A stretch of DNA of 62,420 nucleotides, the filler included. It is 6 parts of 6 records of this genome, joined end to end, with 100 filler letters (N's around TTAATTAATTAA, not from the genome) between each part and the next. Parts side by side here need not be neighbours in the genome. Positions count along the whole stretch, not along the records: positions 18,333 to 32,306 come from SRR31147125_30358; positions 32,407 to 39,133 come from SRR31147125_30364; 4 more parts are not named here. One strand, given 5' to 3'. Position numbers and translations under genes: made by a program. Position 1 is the stretch's first letter. Every line of letters starts with the position of its first letter. Positions 21,424-32,528 of this stretch are shown here, one piece after another. The notes under the pieces are model-generated. The model worked only from the letters and a program-made list of their open reading frames with translations, had not been told where the DNA came from and did not search any database.

Positions 21424-23667
21424 ATGAGTGCAATTGTTGGTGAAACCCTGATTTTTGGTCAGCAAAATGGCCCCGAACTTGAACTGCTTGTATATGGCGA
21501 CGAGTTTTATGCCCGCTACGAAACCTTAAACGGCTATACCGTTCTTTACGACCTCGATTATGGAATATATTGTTATGCAGTGGTTCAGGATGGGCGTTTT
21601 GTTTCAACTGGAATTCCTGTTTCGAAAGCTGTTCCCGCAGGAATAAAAAAGCACATTAAGGAGTCTGCCGTCGTACATAACCAAAAATTTGCAGCCAAAT
21701 ACAAAATGATTCGTCCTGAAGGAGAACCTTTAAGTGCCGATTCGAATATTATGCGCACCTACGGCCCTAACAGTGGTCTTTTAAACGGCCGACAGGTTTC
21801 AATGGGCGATGTAAAAGGGCTTACAATTCTTGTTGAATTTGCCGATGTAAAAGCAGGTGTTTCAAAAGAGGATGTTGATGCTTTGCTAAATAAACCGGAT
21901 TATAATGGAAACGGTAATTTTTGTTCGCTTAATAAATACTTCAGGCTAATGTCCGACGGGAAGTTGAACTATACAAATAGGGTAGTTGGGCCTGTAACTT
22001 TAAGCCGAAAACAAAGCTATTACATTAATAATTTATTAAACAGAGAAGCACTAGAACTGGCAATTGAGCAATACAATCTTGATTTGTCTGAATTCGATTC
22101 GAGACAGGAAGGTGTGGTTGATGCACTAAGTTTTATGTACGCCGGGCGAAGTTTATATGCCGGAAAACTGTGGCCACATAACCATACAAAATATCTGCGT
22201 TTCGGAAATTACCGTACCTATTTATATACCATCCAAAGTTTGGGGCGTAGCCGTGTCGATTTAAGTATCGGTACTTTTGCCCACGAAAGCGGTCACATGC
22301 TTTGCCGTTTCCCCGATTTGTATGATTACGGTCAGCGCGATGGCGATTTCGAGAAAAGCAGTGGTATGGGACAGTATTGTTTAATGAGTTCGGGTAATCA
22401 CTTAGGATATGGGAAACGACCTGCTCCGGTTTGTGCTTACCTGCGCGATTTAGCCGGATGGTGCGACGAAGAAATATTGCTGAACAATCCGGGAATATAT
22501 GAACTTCAGCATGGCGATTACGGTAAAATATATCGTTTTGTAACAGATAAGCCGCACGAATACTTTATTGTTGAAAACCGGGTGAAAAAAGATTTGGATG
22601 CCTACTTGCCCGATTCGGGACTGGCGGTTTACCATTGCGACACCGCGGTTCCGAATGAATATAAGGATGGAACGCCTGATAAGCACTACCAATGTGCTTT
22701 GCTTCAGGCCGATGGCCACAAAGATTTGGAAACAGGAACAGCAGGTGGCGATAGCGGCGATTTGTATTCAGATGTTAATGGTGTGGCCATATCCGATTCT
22801 ACCAATCCATCGTCGTGCGAATGGGATGGAACAGATTCGGGATTATTAATTTCTGATATAAAAGAAACCGGCGATGATTTTACTTTTAAAGCCGGACCCG
22901 ACGTAATTGTTGCCGAAAATGTAGTTAACAAAGCTGTGGTTGCCGATTTATTAATTCCTGAAAATAATGTTGGAGTTGATAGCGTACTTAATATTGAACG
23001 CTCGGGAATACTTGAATCAATTAAAGTTGGTGTGCATATTACCCATCCATACAGGGGCGATTTACATGTTTCATTAGAATCACCATCGGGTAAAGTTGTC
23101 TTGTTGCACAAACAAGAAGGAGCACATTTAGATAATCTGATTTTAGATTTGAGTTCGGATGAATTTGAAGAATTGGCAAATTTTAAGGAAGAAGAAATTT
23201 CCGGTGAATGGAAATTGAATGTGAAAGATTTGCTGAAAGAAGACAAGGGGAGGTTAGATTCGTGGAATATAAGTATAGCTTATAAAGATTCGGATGCATT
23301 GGTTACCGGTGAAGCAAATCCCGAATTGGCAATACCAGACTATAACTCAAAAGGCATTGAAAGTGAAATAACTCTTTCGGATAGCGGCAGTCTAAAACAG
23401 ATTGCGGTTCAGGTGGATATTGAACATACTTATAACGGCGACTTGCAGATTGAATTACTGGCGCCATCGGGTGCAACTGCATTGTTACGGGCAGCAACTA
23501 ATATTCGTGGTAAAAACCTTCAGGAAACTTACACCGAAGCCACAACAAACTCGTTGCAAGCTTTTATTGGAGAAGGAATTACCGGAGCCTGGAAACTAAA
23601 AGTTCGCGACCTGGCCAAATACGATACCGGTGTTTTAAAATACTGGGCATTAACCATTAAAAAATAA
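21424..23667 (+). CDS. M6-family (InhA-like) metalloprotease with two C-terminal proprotein-convertase P-domains
   Basis: GDEF propeptide motif, HESGHMLCRFPDLYD zinc motif, CLMSSG Met-turn, YFIVENR, two ITHPYRGDL/IEHTYNGDL..GxWKL..D.G.L..W repeats. Confidence 0.88.
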   Translation: MSAIVGETLIFGQQNGPELELLVYGDEFYARYETLNGYTVLYDLDYGIYCYAVVQDGRFVSTGIPVSKAVPAGIKKHIKESAVVHNQKFAAKYKMIRPEGEPLSADSNIMRTYGPNSGLLNGRQVSMGDVKGLTILVEFADVKAGVSKEDVDALLNKPDYNGNGNFCSLNKYFRLMSDGKLNYTNRVVGPVTLSRKQSYYINNLLNREALELAIEQYNLDLSEFDSRQEGVVDALSFMYAGRSLYAGKLWPHNHTKYLRFGNYRTYLYTIQSLGRSRVDLSIGTFAHESGHMLCRFPDLYDYGQRDGDFEKSSGMGQYCLMSSGNHLGYGKRPAPVCAYLRDLAGWCDEEILLNNPGIYELQHGDYGKIYRFVTDKPHEYFIVENRVKKDLDAYLPDSGLAVYHCDTAVPNEYKDGTPDKHYQCALLQADGHKDLETGTAGGDSGDLYSDVNGVAISDSTNPSSCEWDGTDSGLLISDIKETGDDFTFKAGPDVIVAENVVNKAVVADLLIPENNVGVDSVLNIERSGILESIKVGVHITHPYRGDLHVSLESPSGKVVLLHKQEGAHLDNLILDLSSDEFEELANFKEEEISGEWKLNVKDLLKEDKGRLDSWNISIAYKDSDALVTGEANPELAIPDYNSKGIESEITLSDSGSLKQIAVQVDIEHTYNGDLQIELLAPSGATALLRAATNIRGKNLQETYTEATTNSLQAFIGEGITGAWKLKVRDLAKYDTGVLKYWALTIKK

Positions 23668-23686
23668 TAGACATTAGCTAATTTAT

Positions 23687-23716
23687 AAAAGGCCTTGAAG
23701 TGTTCAGGGCCTTTTG
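23687..23716 (+). terminator. Intrinsic terminator
   Basis: AAAAGGCCTTGAA/TTCAGGGCCTTTT stem. Confidence 0.75.
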
Positions 23717-23806
23717 TTTTCGCATTTACCCGGTTTCGTGTTTACTCTGTTAATTATAAATCGATATATTTAAACACTTTATTATTTTTGTAGAAAATAT
23801 TATTAC

Positions 23807-26800
23807 ATGCGCATTATCCTAACTACCATATCTTTCTTGTTTTTAGTACTTGTTGCTAAATCTCAAAATATTGTTTTCGAAAAAATTACCACACGCGAGG
23901 GACTCTCGCAAAACGATGTTACTGCTATTTATCAAGATAAACAGGGCTTTTTATGGATTGGAACATTCGACGGATTAAACCGTTACGATGGATATAATTT
24001 TAAAACTTACCGGGTAAATCCTGAAGGAGAATCGGGAGTTCATAGTAACATTATTTTCAATATTTCGGAAGATGAAGATGGTAATCTTTGGCTAGGGGCA
24101 TCGGACGAAGGACTTTGCCGTTTTGACGTGAAAACCGAAACGTATGAAGTATTTAAAAATACCGATGAAAATCCAAATTTCTTACAGTCGAACCAAATTG
24201 TTTGCGCGAAACCGGCAAGCAACGGAAAAGTGTGGGTGGCCAATAATTTAGGAATAGATGTATTAATACCTACCAAAGATGGTTATCGTTCTGAGGTGTT
24301 TAAAATTGATGATATACCAGAGGATGGAATATATGGGATTACATCTATAAATGAGGACATTTACGGTAGAATATGGTTTGCAACACGGAATGGAATATAT
24401 GTCTATTCTGAAAACAACGGACTGGAAAAGTTGTCAGGTCCCTCTGAATCGGCAAATATTAAAGACATTGTATTGCATAACGGGGATGTATATGTGGCAA
24501 CCAGTGGCGGAGTGTTAAGATATTCTTTTAACTCTGAAGACTTAAACGATTTTACTGTAAAACAAGTTAGCAATATAAATAGCGATTGTTTATTAGTTAA
24601 TAAAACCGGCAATTTGTTTATGGGTACCTGGCAGGGATTGTATATTGTAAGCAGCGAGCAAATGGAAGACGAAAAGTTGGCAGAACCTCTTCACTTTACA
24701 GAAGGGTGGGAGACCAATAGTTTAAGTAAGAATGTAATACGTTCGCTCTACGAAGACAGGTCGGGAATTATTTGGATTGGCACCAATGGAGGTGGTATAA
24801 ATAAGTATAATCCGCGACAAAAAAAATTCAGGCACTTTAATAAAACCCGTATCGAAGGAAGTCTATCCTACAATAAAATCCGTTCAATACATCAATCTAA
24901 AAGTGGCAATATTTGGATTGGTACAGAAGGTGGCGGTATTAATCTGTTAACAAAAGATAAGCACAGAAACTACGAATCGGGCTGGGAATGGCTTGACGTT
25001 AATGAGAGTGGACAAAATTATGTTTATTCGTTAATAGATACTCCGGAAGGCTACGGTATAAATACCGAAGTACTGGCCGGAGTTGGATATTCAAAAGTAA
25101 TTGTTGGATTTAATAATCGTGGTAGTAAGCCCGATATGGTTACGGATAATTGGCTACGTGCCGAGGTTACAAATTCTCCATTTGCTTTTCTTTCTGATGA
25201 GGAAAACAAAACTTTATGGATTGGAACCTACGGACGAAATAATGGTTTGATTCAAATTAAAAAGACAGATAATGGCTTCGAGTCGCATAATTTTGTTTGC
25301 AATAGAAAAGAGGGCTGTATTTCATCGAACAATGTAAGAAGTTTGTTGAAAGATGATAGAGGCAATTTATGGATTGGAACTGATAATGGTTTGAGTCTTT
25401 TTACTGTCGATGAACAGAAAAAAGAGAATCCTAAATTTGTTGTTTTCAGAAAAGACGATGCAAATCCAAATTCAATAAATCATAACTATATTTTACCTCT
25501 GTTTCAATCTAAAAACGGTACCGTTTGGGTAGGAACAATGGGAGGTGGCCTTAATAAAGTTATTTACAATGAAGATCATGAAAAGATAAGCTTTGAGGCA
25601 ATTACCGTTGAAGATGGATTGCCTAATAATGTAATTAAAGGCATTCTCGAAGATGATTACGGTTTTCTTTGGATTTCGTCGAACAAAGGGCTAACCCGAT
25701 ACGATGTTAAAGATAAATTATATGTAAACTATGGCATTAGCGATGGTTTGCAGGATTTCGAATTTGGCGAACTGGCCTGCTGTGAACTCGATGATGGAGA
25801 AATGCTGTTCGGAGGAGTAAATGGTTTCAATGCCTTTTATCCGAAAGATATTGTAAGTAATATGTCGACACCCCAGCTTGCATTAACCGAATTTCATATT
25901 CTGAACAGATTGGTGGCACCGGGCGATATTATAAATGGCCGCGAAGTGTTGAAAAACGTAGTCAACCACACCGATAAGATTCGTTTGAAATATGCTGAAA
26001 ATAGTTTTTCAATTTACTTTTCTTCGTTACACTATTCGGCACCGGCCAAAAATACTTACAAATATATGCTCGAAGGTTTCGATACCGAGTGGGTGCGCAA
26101 AGACGCCACCGACCGTATTGCAAAATACACCAACCTTCCGCCCGGAAAATATACTTTTAAAGTATTGGCATCGAACAATGATGGGATTTGGACCGATGAC
26201 CCGAAAGTTTTGGAAATTGTTATTACTCCGCCATGGTACCTAAGTATTTTTGCATGGTTGGTGTACGTAATATTGTTCTTGCTAACGTTGTGGTTTTTCC
26301 AGCGTTTTTCATTAATTAGAATTAAACAGAAAAACGAATTATTAATGGAGCATTTCGAGAAAGAAAAAGTTCAGGAACTTTCTCAAATGAAACTCCGGTT
26401 TTTTACCAATATTTCGCACGAATTCCGTACGCCACTAACACTTATCATTGGGCCTCTCGAAAAGCTTATAACAAAAGGAAACGCGCTGCCCGAAAAAAAA
26501 GTTGCCGAAAGTTACGCTATAATGCATCGAAACGCATCAATTCTTTTAAGGTTGATTAACCAGTTAATCGATTTCCGTAAATTCGAGCAGGGAAAAATGA
26601 TTTTACGAGCATCGAATACGAATATTGTAGATTTCCTGGGAGAAGTATTCCTTTCGTTTTCAGAATTGGCAAATAATAAAAATATCGACTACAATTTTAA
26701 TACCCGACGAAAAGACATCCAGGTTTGGTTCGACGATGATAAGTTGGAAAGAATAATGTACAACCTGCTTTCCAATGCTTTTAAATTTACACGCGAGGGT

Positions 26801-27955
26801 GGAAGCATTGATTTAGTGGTTGACGAAGACGATTATAACGTAATTATTAAGGTTATTGATACCGGCGTAGGAATACCTGAAAATATGCAGAAACATATTT
26901 TTGAGCGTTTTTACCAGGCCGACCGAATTAAGAATCGTAAAGTTGGAAGCACCGGAATTGGCCTTTCTTTTATTAAAGGTTTGGTTGAAATGCAAAAAGG
27001 CGAAATTACTTTTGAAAGCAAGGAAGATGAAGGCACTTCTTTCACTGTACTGTTGAAAAAAGGAAATGCCCATTTCGAAGAATCGCAAATGCGTGCAATT
27101 ACCCGCGAGGTTGATACATCGATTAAAAACTACAGCTTTTTAGAGCCGGTAAAAGTTAGCGAAGAAGAGCCAAATGAATGTAAATCGAAACAAAAGGTAT
27201 TGGTTGTTGAAGATAATTTCGAACTAAGTAGTTTTGTAAAAGATAGTTTGTCTGATTGCTACGAGATATACACTGCCGAAAATGGAAAAGAAGGGCTGGA
27301 AAAAGTTCCGCAGCTTAATCCGGATGTAATTGTAAGCGATATTATGATGCCGGTGATGAATGGTTTTGATCTTTGCGAAAAAATAAAGTCAAGCGAAGAA
27401 ATCAGCCACATTCCTGTAATTCTGTTAACAGCAAAATCTACTGCCGAAAACCGAATTAAAGGATACAAACTGGGAGCCGATGGTTACATTTCGAAACCAT
27501 TCAGTATTGAGGTGTTACAGGCACGAATTCAAAACCTGATAGACTCGCGGGAAAAACTTCGCAGTAAATTTAAGGGAACAATATCTATCGAGCCTTCGGA
27601 AGTTACTACCACTTCCATGGACGAAAAATTTATGCAGCGCATTCTGAAAATTGTAGAGGAAAATATTTCGAATTCGGAGTTTACTGTAGAGCAATTGGCC
27701 CGCGATTATGGCATGTCGCAAATTGTAATGAATAAAAAGTTGAAAGGTCTTACAGGAATGACAGCCAAAGCTTTTATCCGAAATATTCGTTTGAAACGTG
27801 CAGCTCAATTATTTGCCACCGGAAAATATTCGGTAACTGATGTTACTTACGAAGTTGGATTCTCCGACTTAAAATATTTCCGTAACTGTTTTAAAGACGA
27901 ATTTGGCCTTGCACCATCAGAATACATGAAAAAGCATAAAACTGAGGAAAAATAG
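23807..27955 (+). CDS. Hybrid two-component sensor/regulator (HTCS)
   Basis: Signal peptide, beta-propeller WIGT repeats, YYY domain, TM, FFTNISHEFRTPL, HATPase, receiver (SDIMMP), AraC HTH. Confidence 0.96.
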   Translation: MRIILTTISFLFLVLVAKSQNIVFEKITTREGLSQNDVTAIYQDKQGFLWIGTFDGLNRYDGYNFKTYRVNPEGESGVHSNIIFNISEDEDGNLWLGASDEGLCRFDVKTETYEVFKNTDENPNFLQSNQIVCAKPASNGKVWVANNLGIDVLIPTKDGYRSEVFKIDDIPEDGIYGITSINEDIYGRIWFATRNGIYVYSENNGLEKLSGPSESANIKDIVLHNGDVYVATSGGVLRYSFNSEDLNDFTVKQVSNINSDCLLVNKTGNLFMGTWQGLYIVSSEQMEDEKLAEPLHFTEGWETNSLSKNVIRSLYEDRSGIIWIGTNGGGINKYNPRQKKFRHFNKTRIEGSLSYNKIRSIHQSKSGNIWIGTEGGGINLLTKDKHRNYESGWEWLDVNESGQNYVYSLIDTPEGYGINTEVLAGVGYSKVIVGFNNRGSKPDMVTDNWLRAEVTNSPFAFLSDEENKTLWIGTYGRNNGLIQIKKTDNGFESHNFVCNRKEGCISSNNVRSLLKDDRGNLWIGTDNGLSLFTVDEQKKENPKFVVFRKDDANPNSINHNYILPLFQSKNGTVWVGTMGGGLNKVIYNEDHEKISFEAITVEDGLPNNVIKGILEDDYGFLWISSNKGLTRYDVKDKLYVNYGISDGLQDFEFGELACCELDDGEMLFGGVNGFNAFYPKDIVSNMSTPQLALTEFHILNRLVAPGDIINGREVLKNVVNHTDKIRLKYAENSFSIYFSSLHYSAPAKNTYKYMLEGFDTEWVRKDATDRIAKYTNLPPGKYTFKVLASNNDGIWTDDPKVLEIVITPPWYLSIFAWLVYVILFLLTLWFFQRFSLIRIKQKNELLMEHFEKEKVQELSQMKLRFFTNISHEFRTPLTLIIGPLEKLITKGNALPEKKVAESYAIMHRNASILLRLINQLIDFRKFEQGKMILRASNTNIVDFLGEVFLSFSELANNKNIDYNFNTRRKDIQVWFDDDKLERIMYNLLSNAFKFTREGGSIDLVVDEDDYNVIIKVIDTGVGIPENMQKHIFERFYQADRIKNRKVGSTGIGLSFIKGLVEMQKGEITFESKEDEGTSFTVLLKKGNAHFEESQMRAITREVDTSIKNYSFLEPVKVSEEEPNECKSKQKVLVVEDNFELSSFVKDSLSDCYEIYTAENGKEGLEKVPQLNPDVIVSDIMMPVMNGFDLCEKIKSSEEISHIPVILLTAKSTAENRIKGYKLGADGYISKPFSIEVLQARIQNLIDSREKLRSKFKGTISIEPSEVTTTSMDEKFMQRILKIVEENISNSEFTVEQLARDYGMSQIVMNKKLKGLTGMTAKAFIRNIRLKRAAQLFATGKYSVTDVTYEVGFSDLKYFRNCFKDEFGLAPSEYMKKHKTEEK

Positions 27956-28022
27956 GCTGCTCTTTAACCTTTATACTTTTTGGAGAGGACACGGTTTTAT
28001 AATAACATGATTGATACTCAGC

Positions 28023-28081
28023 GTCACACTGAGCGTAGTCGAAGTGTGAAAGAAGCAGTCTTCGACTACGCTCAGACTGAC
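28023..28081. repeat. REP-like inverted repeat pair (Bacteroidota type)
   Basis: GTCACACTGAGCGTAGTCGAAG ... CTTCGACTACGCTCAGACTGAC, 16-bp perfect core. Confidence 0.8.
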
Positions 28082-28197
28082 AGTAGGCTGCGCAATTAAC
28101 TGCAAGGCATTTTTATAAATATCAAATTCGTTACAGGGTATTTTAATTGTTCTGCGTCATAGATTAAACAAAATAAAACCAATATATACTAAACCTA

Positions 28198-29685
28198 ATG
28201 AAACAAAATTTTTCACTTGTATTGTTTTTACTGTTGCTTAGTTCAACGGTTTTTGCTCAACTACAAACAAAACCCAATGTACTTTTAATTATTTCCGACG
28301 ATTTAAATACCCGAATTGGTCCTTATATGGATATCGACAAGCACACTCCGCATCTCGATCGATTGGCCGATGAAGGAGTTCGTTTTACGCGTACTTATTG
28401 TCAGTATCCTTTGTGTGGCCCGTCGCGGGCATCGTTTATGAGTGGTTTACACCCGGCAACCAACGGGGTAACCGGTAACAACGATAAACCGGGAAGCTAC
28501 AAAGTAGAAACACCTGCTTTGGCAAATCACCCTTCAATGGCAGGCTTTTTTAAAGAGCATGGCTACTTTTCGGCAAGGGTTTCGAAAATATACCACATGG
28601 GTGTACCCGGTGGAATTGAGCGTGGAGACATTGGGGGAGATGATCCAACTTCGTGGGATTATGCCTACAATGTAATGGGACCAGAAACACTTAGCCCGGG
28701 AGAACTGGAATTGCTATCGCCACACAATACGCATTATGGTGGTAGTTATGTAAGAATGCTTTTGCCTGATAATTTGGAAGAAACGCAAACCGATTATATG
28801 ACCACCAGCCAGGCCATTTCAATTCTCGAAAACCGATCAGCTCCTATTGCTCCTAACGCAACAAATAAGCGCCGCCGTAAACCCGATGCACCGTTTTTTC
28901 TAGGCGTTGGACTGGTGCGTCCGCATCTTCCATTTATCGCACCCGAAAACTGTTTCGAACCTTATCCCGATGAGGAAATGGAAGTGCCGGAATATGTTAT
29001 TGGCGATAATGTTCCCGAGCAAGCATTACGCACTCGCAATAATCCCCGATGGCAGATGAATGAGGAACAAAAGCAGAAATCGATTGCCGGTTATATGGCA
29101 AGTGTACGTTTTATGGATCAACAGGTAGGGCGCCTGCTTAATGCTTTAGACCGGCTAAAACTTCGCGAAAATACGATTGTTGTATTTATCTCAGACCACG
29201 GATTTAACCTTGGTGAACACGATTGCTGGTCGAAGGTTAGTTTGTGGGAAGGCAGTGTACGAGTTCCAATGATTATTTCCGATCCGAATAACAAAAAGAA
29301 ACACGGCTCAACTTGCGATAATATTACCGAATTACTCGATCTCTATCCAACTTTAACTGATTTATGCGGATTTACGGGAAGTGAGCCCACAATATTACAA
29401 GGCGAAAGTCTGGCACCGGTAATTAAAGGCGAAAAAATAAAAGCCGACGATGACCTTGCATTTACAATTACAAGTGCCGGCGGTGCATCAATAAGAACCT
29501 CGCGCTGGAGATATAACCGTTGGGGAGAAAATGCAAAAGTAAGTAATGAAGAATTGTATGATCATAAAAATGATCCGGAAGAACAAGTAAATCTTGCTGG
29601 TGAAAAACAATACGAAGCAATACTTTTTGATTTAAGAAAGAAATTAGAAGTAGCGCGCGAAAACGCACGAACCAGATTGAATTAA
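28198..29685 (+). CDS. Sulfatase (S1 family, iduronate-sulfatase-like)
   Basis: Signal peptide, ISDDL, CGPSR formylglycine motif, SKIYH, SDHG. Confidence 0.93.
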   Translation: MKQNFSLVLFLLLLSSTVFAQLQTKPNVLLIISDDLNTRIGPYMDIDKHTPHLDRLADEGVRFTRTYCQYPLCGPSRASFMSGLHPATNGVTGNNDKPGSYKVETPALANHPSMAGFFKEHGYFSARVSKIYHMGVPGGIERGDIGGDDPTSWDYAYNVMGPETLSPGELELLSPHNTHYGGSYVRMLLPDNLEETQTDYMTTSQAISILENRSAPIAPNATNKRRRKPDAPFFLGVGLVRPHLPFIAPENCFEPYPDEEMEVPEYVIGDNVPEQALRTRNNPRWQMNEEQKQKSIAGYMASVRFMDQQVGRLLNALDRLKLRENTIVVFISDHGFNLGEHDCWSKVSLWEGSVRVPMIISDPNNKKKHGSTCDNITELLDLYPTLTDLCGFTGSEPTILQGESLAPVIKGEKIKADDDLAFTITSAGGASIRTSRWRYNRWGENAKVSNEELYDHKNDPEEQVNLAGEKQYEAILFDLRKKLEVARENARTRLN

Positions 29686-29701
29686 AAGAATAATTGAAAA
29701 A

Positions 29702-31470
29702 CTATTCGCCGGGCAACATAAAATAAAAAATGGTGCCTTCTCCCATTGCCCGGTACTTTCTATGCCTACCGAACCGCCAAGTTTCTCAATAATCCGTTTT
29801 ACAATAGATAGACCAAGTCCATAGCCCAGTACCTTGTCGGGATTAAGGCGCGTATGTTTTTTAAATAGTTTATGTTGTAATTCGGGAGCAATACCGTCGC
29901 CATTATCTTTTACCCAAAATTTTACCATATTATTTTCGGTTTGCTCGCTTCCCATTTCAATTATGGGCGGAGTACCACCATATTTTATTGCATTACCCAG
30001 GTAGTTAATCCATACCTCTTTTATCCAGGCCGGGTAACCAACTGCTTTTTCCCAGCTCTGGGCGAAAACAATTTCGGCACCATAATCTACAATAAGATCC
30101 TTTAATTCTTTAAGCGCTTGCTGAATAATTGCCGGCATATTCAACGAGGTTTTTTCAACATCTTCGTACCCCGATGTGGCCATCTTTAATAATTCATTTG
30201 TAGTTTTTATGGTTTCCGATGCCGATTCGCGAATTAACTGGCTAAAGTCCATTAATAATTTTTTATTATCATCTTCAATACCTTCCTGAAGTACTTCGCA
30301 TGATGAATAAATGGTTCCAAGTTGGTTTTTTATGTCGTGTGCTAATGTATGCGCATATGCATCAAGTTCTTCTATTAAAACTTCATTTCTTTTAATTTCC
30401 TTTTTTAATTCTACGTTCGATAGTTTAAGCTTTTCCTCTGTTTTTCTTATTGAAGTAATGTCGCTCAAAATCATGAGGTTACCCGTAAATTTGTTATTTC
30501 TGTTATAGATTGGTGTAAACTTAATCTGATAATGATTTACAATTCCATTTTTTTTGTGTTGAATTGAAATTTCCTGTTTCTCGGGCGAGTCGAATTCTTC
30601 AATAATTTCGGGGTGAGTAGTAAATATTTTGTGAATATCGTTTTCCTGTGCTTTTGTAGAAGGTACATTAAAAATGGCATTAAAAGCAGGATTACTGTCT
30701 TCAATAAAACCCTCTGAATTAATTACTGCCACTCCTTCTCCCATCGTGTCGATAAGTTTTCTTCGGGCAAGTGGCACTAATTCAAACATACGTAATCGTA
30801 TTACTCCAAAAGAAACCGCCAGTCCGGTAAATACAAACGATACGGGAGTCCAGTCGAAACCAGGATAGGGATTAAGGCCGGTAAGGTATACCATATTGGC
30901 GATAATAGGAATTACCGAGGCAACTACAAGCATTGTAATTTGCGAATGGTAGTAGTTGGTAAATTCGTAAATCGAAGAAATCAGGTTATATAATCCCCAG
31001 CAATACATTAGAGCAGCATGGATATAAAAAATCCAGAACCATATACCGTGTTTATAAATTACAAATCCCGTTTCTGGACTTATCGAAACATCTGTCCAAA
31101 TTAAATTATGAGATTTTATAGGAAGTGCCAGGAATAGTGTGAAAACAGGGATAATCATTACCAGTCCCATTGTTTTTTTTGATAGAATAGACCACTTCTG
31201 ACTAAAAGCAGTGGTAAAGAAAAAGTAAAATGCCGGAATAAAAGCAATGCCTATGTACGAGAGTTGAGAACTCCGAATTTTAATCTCAAATACCGGCGTA
31301 CTCGATTCAACAGCATAACATAAAGCCCATATCGCAACAAAAAATTCTAATATAATTAAGAACCTCACTTCTTTGGCCTGTTTGTATCTCCAAAGTATGG
31401 CAGAGGTTGTTATTGCAGCTATTGCAGTAAACAACTGAATATAACTATTCGTTGTAAGCTCGTAAATCAT
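29702..31470 (-). CDS. Sensor histidine kinase with N-terminal 7TM domain and PAS; apparent frameshift near 29745
   Basis: Multiple hydrophobic segments, AHDIKN H-box, NAIKY, DNGDG, GLGL; canonical tail MGEGTIFYFMLPGE* lies in another frame ending at 29702. Confidence 0.85.
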
Positions 31471-31664
31471 TTTGTCCACAAATGGTTGGTTCGATGTAAC
31501 AAATTGTTTTAATTCAATTCGCTTTGTAAAATACAAAAATAAAGATAAACCATATGCACCTAAAAGTTGCTATTTTGAGGAAGTTTTAACAGTTAATGTT
31601 TATTATCATTGTATTCTTGTTTTCAATTTACTCTTTTTGAGTAGAAAATAAATTATCAATATAT

Positions 31665-32306
31665 ATGTTTATGAAGAAGTTTTATTTGTTTGGATTTTTG
31701 CTAATAAGCGTATTGCAGCTTGGAGCAAAAGAAGGAATGTGGATTCCTATTCTTTTAGAAAAATACAATTTTGCCGAAATGCAGGAAATGGGTTTTAAAC
31801 TCACTCCACAAGATATTTACGATGTTAATAATGCCAGCATGAAAGATGCGGTTGTAATTTTTGGCAGAGGATGCACCGGCGAATTAATATCGGATGATGG
31901 CTTGTTAATTACAAATCATCATTGTGGGTATCGACAAATTCAATCGCACAGTTCAGTAGAACACGATTACCTTACCAATGGATTTTGGGCAATGAACAAA
32001 GATGAAGAACTTCCGAATAAAGGTTTAACGGTAAGTTTTTTAGAGTACATGGAAGATGTAACTGAAAAAGTTATGGATAACGTTGACGGTTTGGAAGAAA
32101 AAGAGAAGCAAAAGAAGATTAAGGAAAACACTGACAGAATAATTAAAGAAGCCCGAAAAGACGGTAAATTCAGTGCATCGATAAAACCTCTTTTCTATGG
32201 TAACCAGTACTTTCTGTATGTATATAAAGTATTTAAAGATGTTCGTTTTGTTGGTGCTCCTCCATCGGCAATCGGTAAATTTGGTGGCGATACCGATAAC
32301 TGGATG
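31665..32306 (+). CDS. S46 family dipeptidyl peptidase (3'-truncated)
   Basis: KEGMWIP, GCTGELIS..GLLITNHHC, GKFGGDTDNWM. Confidence 0.93.
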
Positions 32307-32406
32307 NNNNNNNNNNNNNNNNNNNNNNNNNNNNNNNNNNNNNNNNNNNNTTAATTAATTAANNNNNNNNNNNNNNNNNNNNNNNNNNNNNNNNNNNNNN
32401 NNNNNN
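32307..32406. other. Artificial contig linker
   Basis: N44-TTAATTAATTAA-N44. Confidence 0.99.
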
Positions 32407-32528
32407 GCCTATCCTTTTTCATAAATGGTATAACTTCAAAAATATTCCTTCCACAATTATAAAGTATTAAGAAATTAATTCTGATTAAAAGTTATGACGG
32501 AGAAACATATAATAGTCATTTCTCATTT

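Noticed and set aside
22450-23599. Antisense and alternate-frame ORFs within long genes (for example 22704-23246, also 40740-41129 and 48815-49315)
   Set aside because: They are shadows of well-supported genes on the other strand or frame, without motifs or start signals
29644-29701. Histidine kinase tail overlapping the sulfatase 3' end
   Set aside because: The canonical GEGTIFYFMLP ending is in another frame and stops at 29702, so the overlap is an artefact of the frameshift
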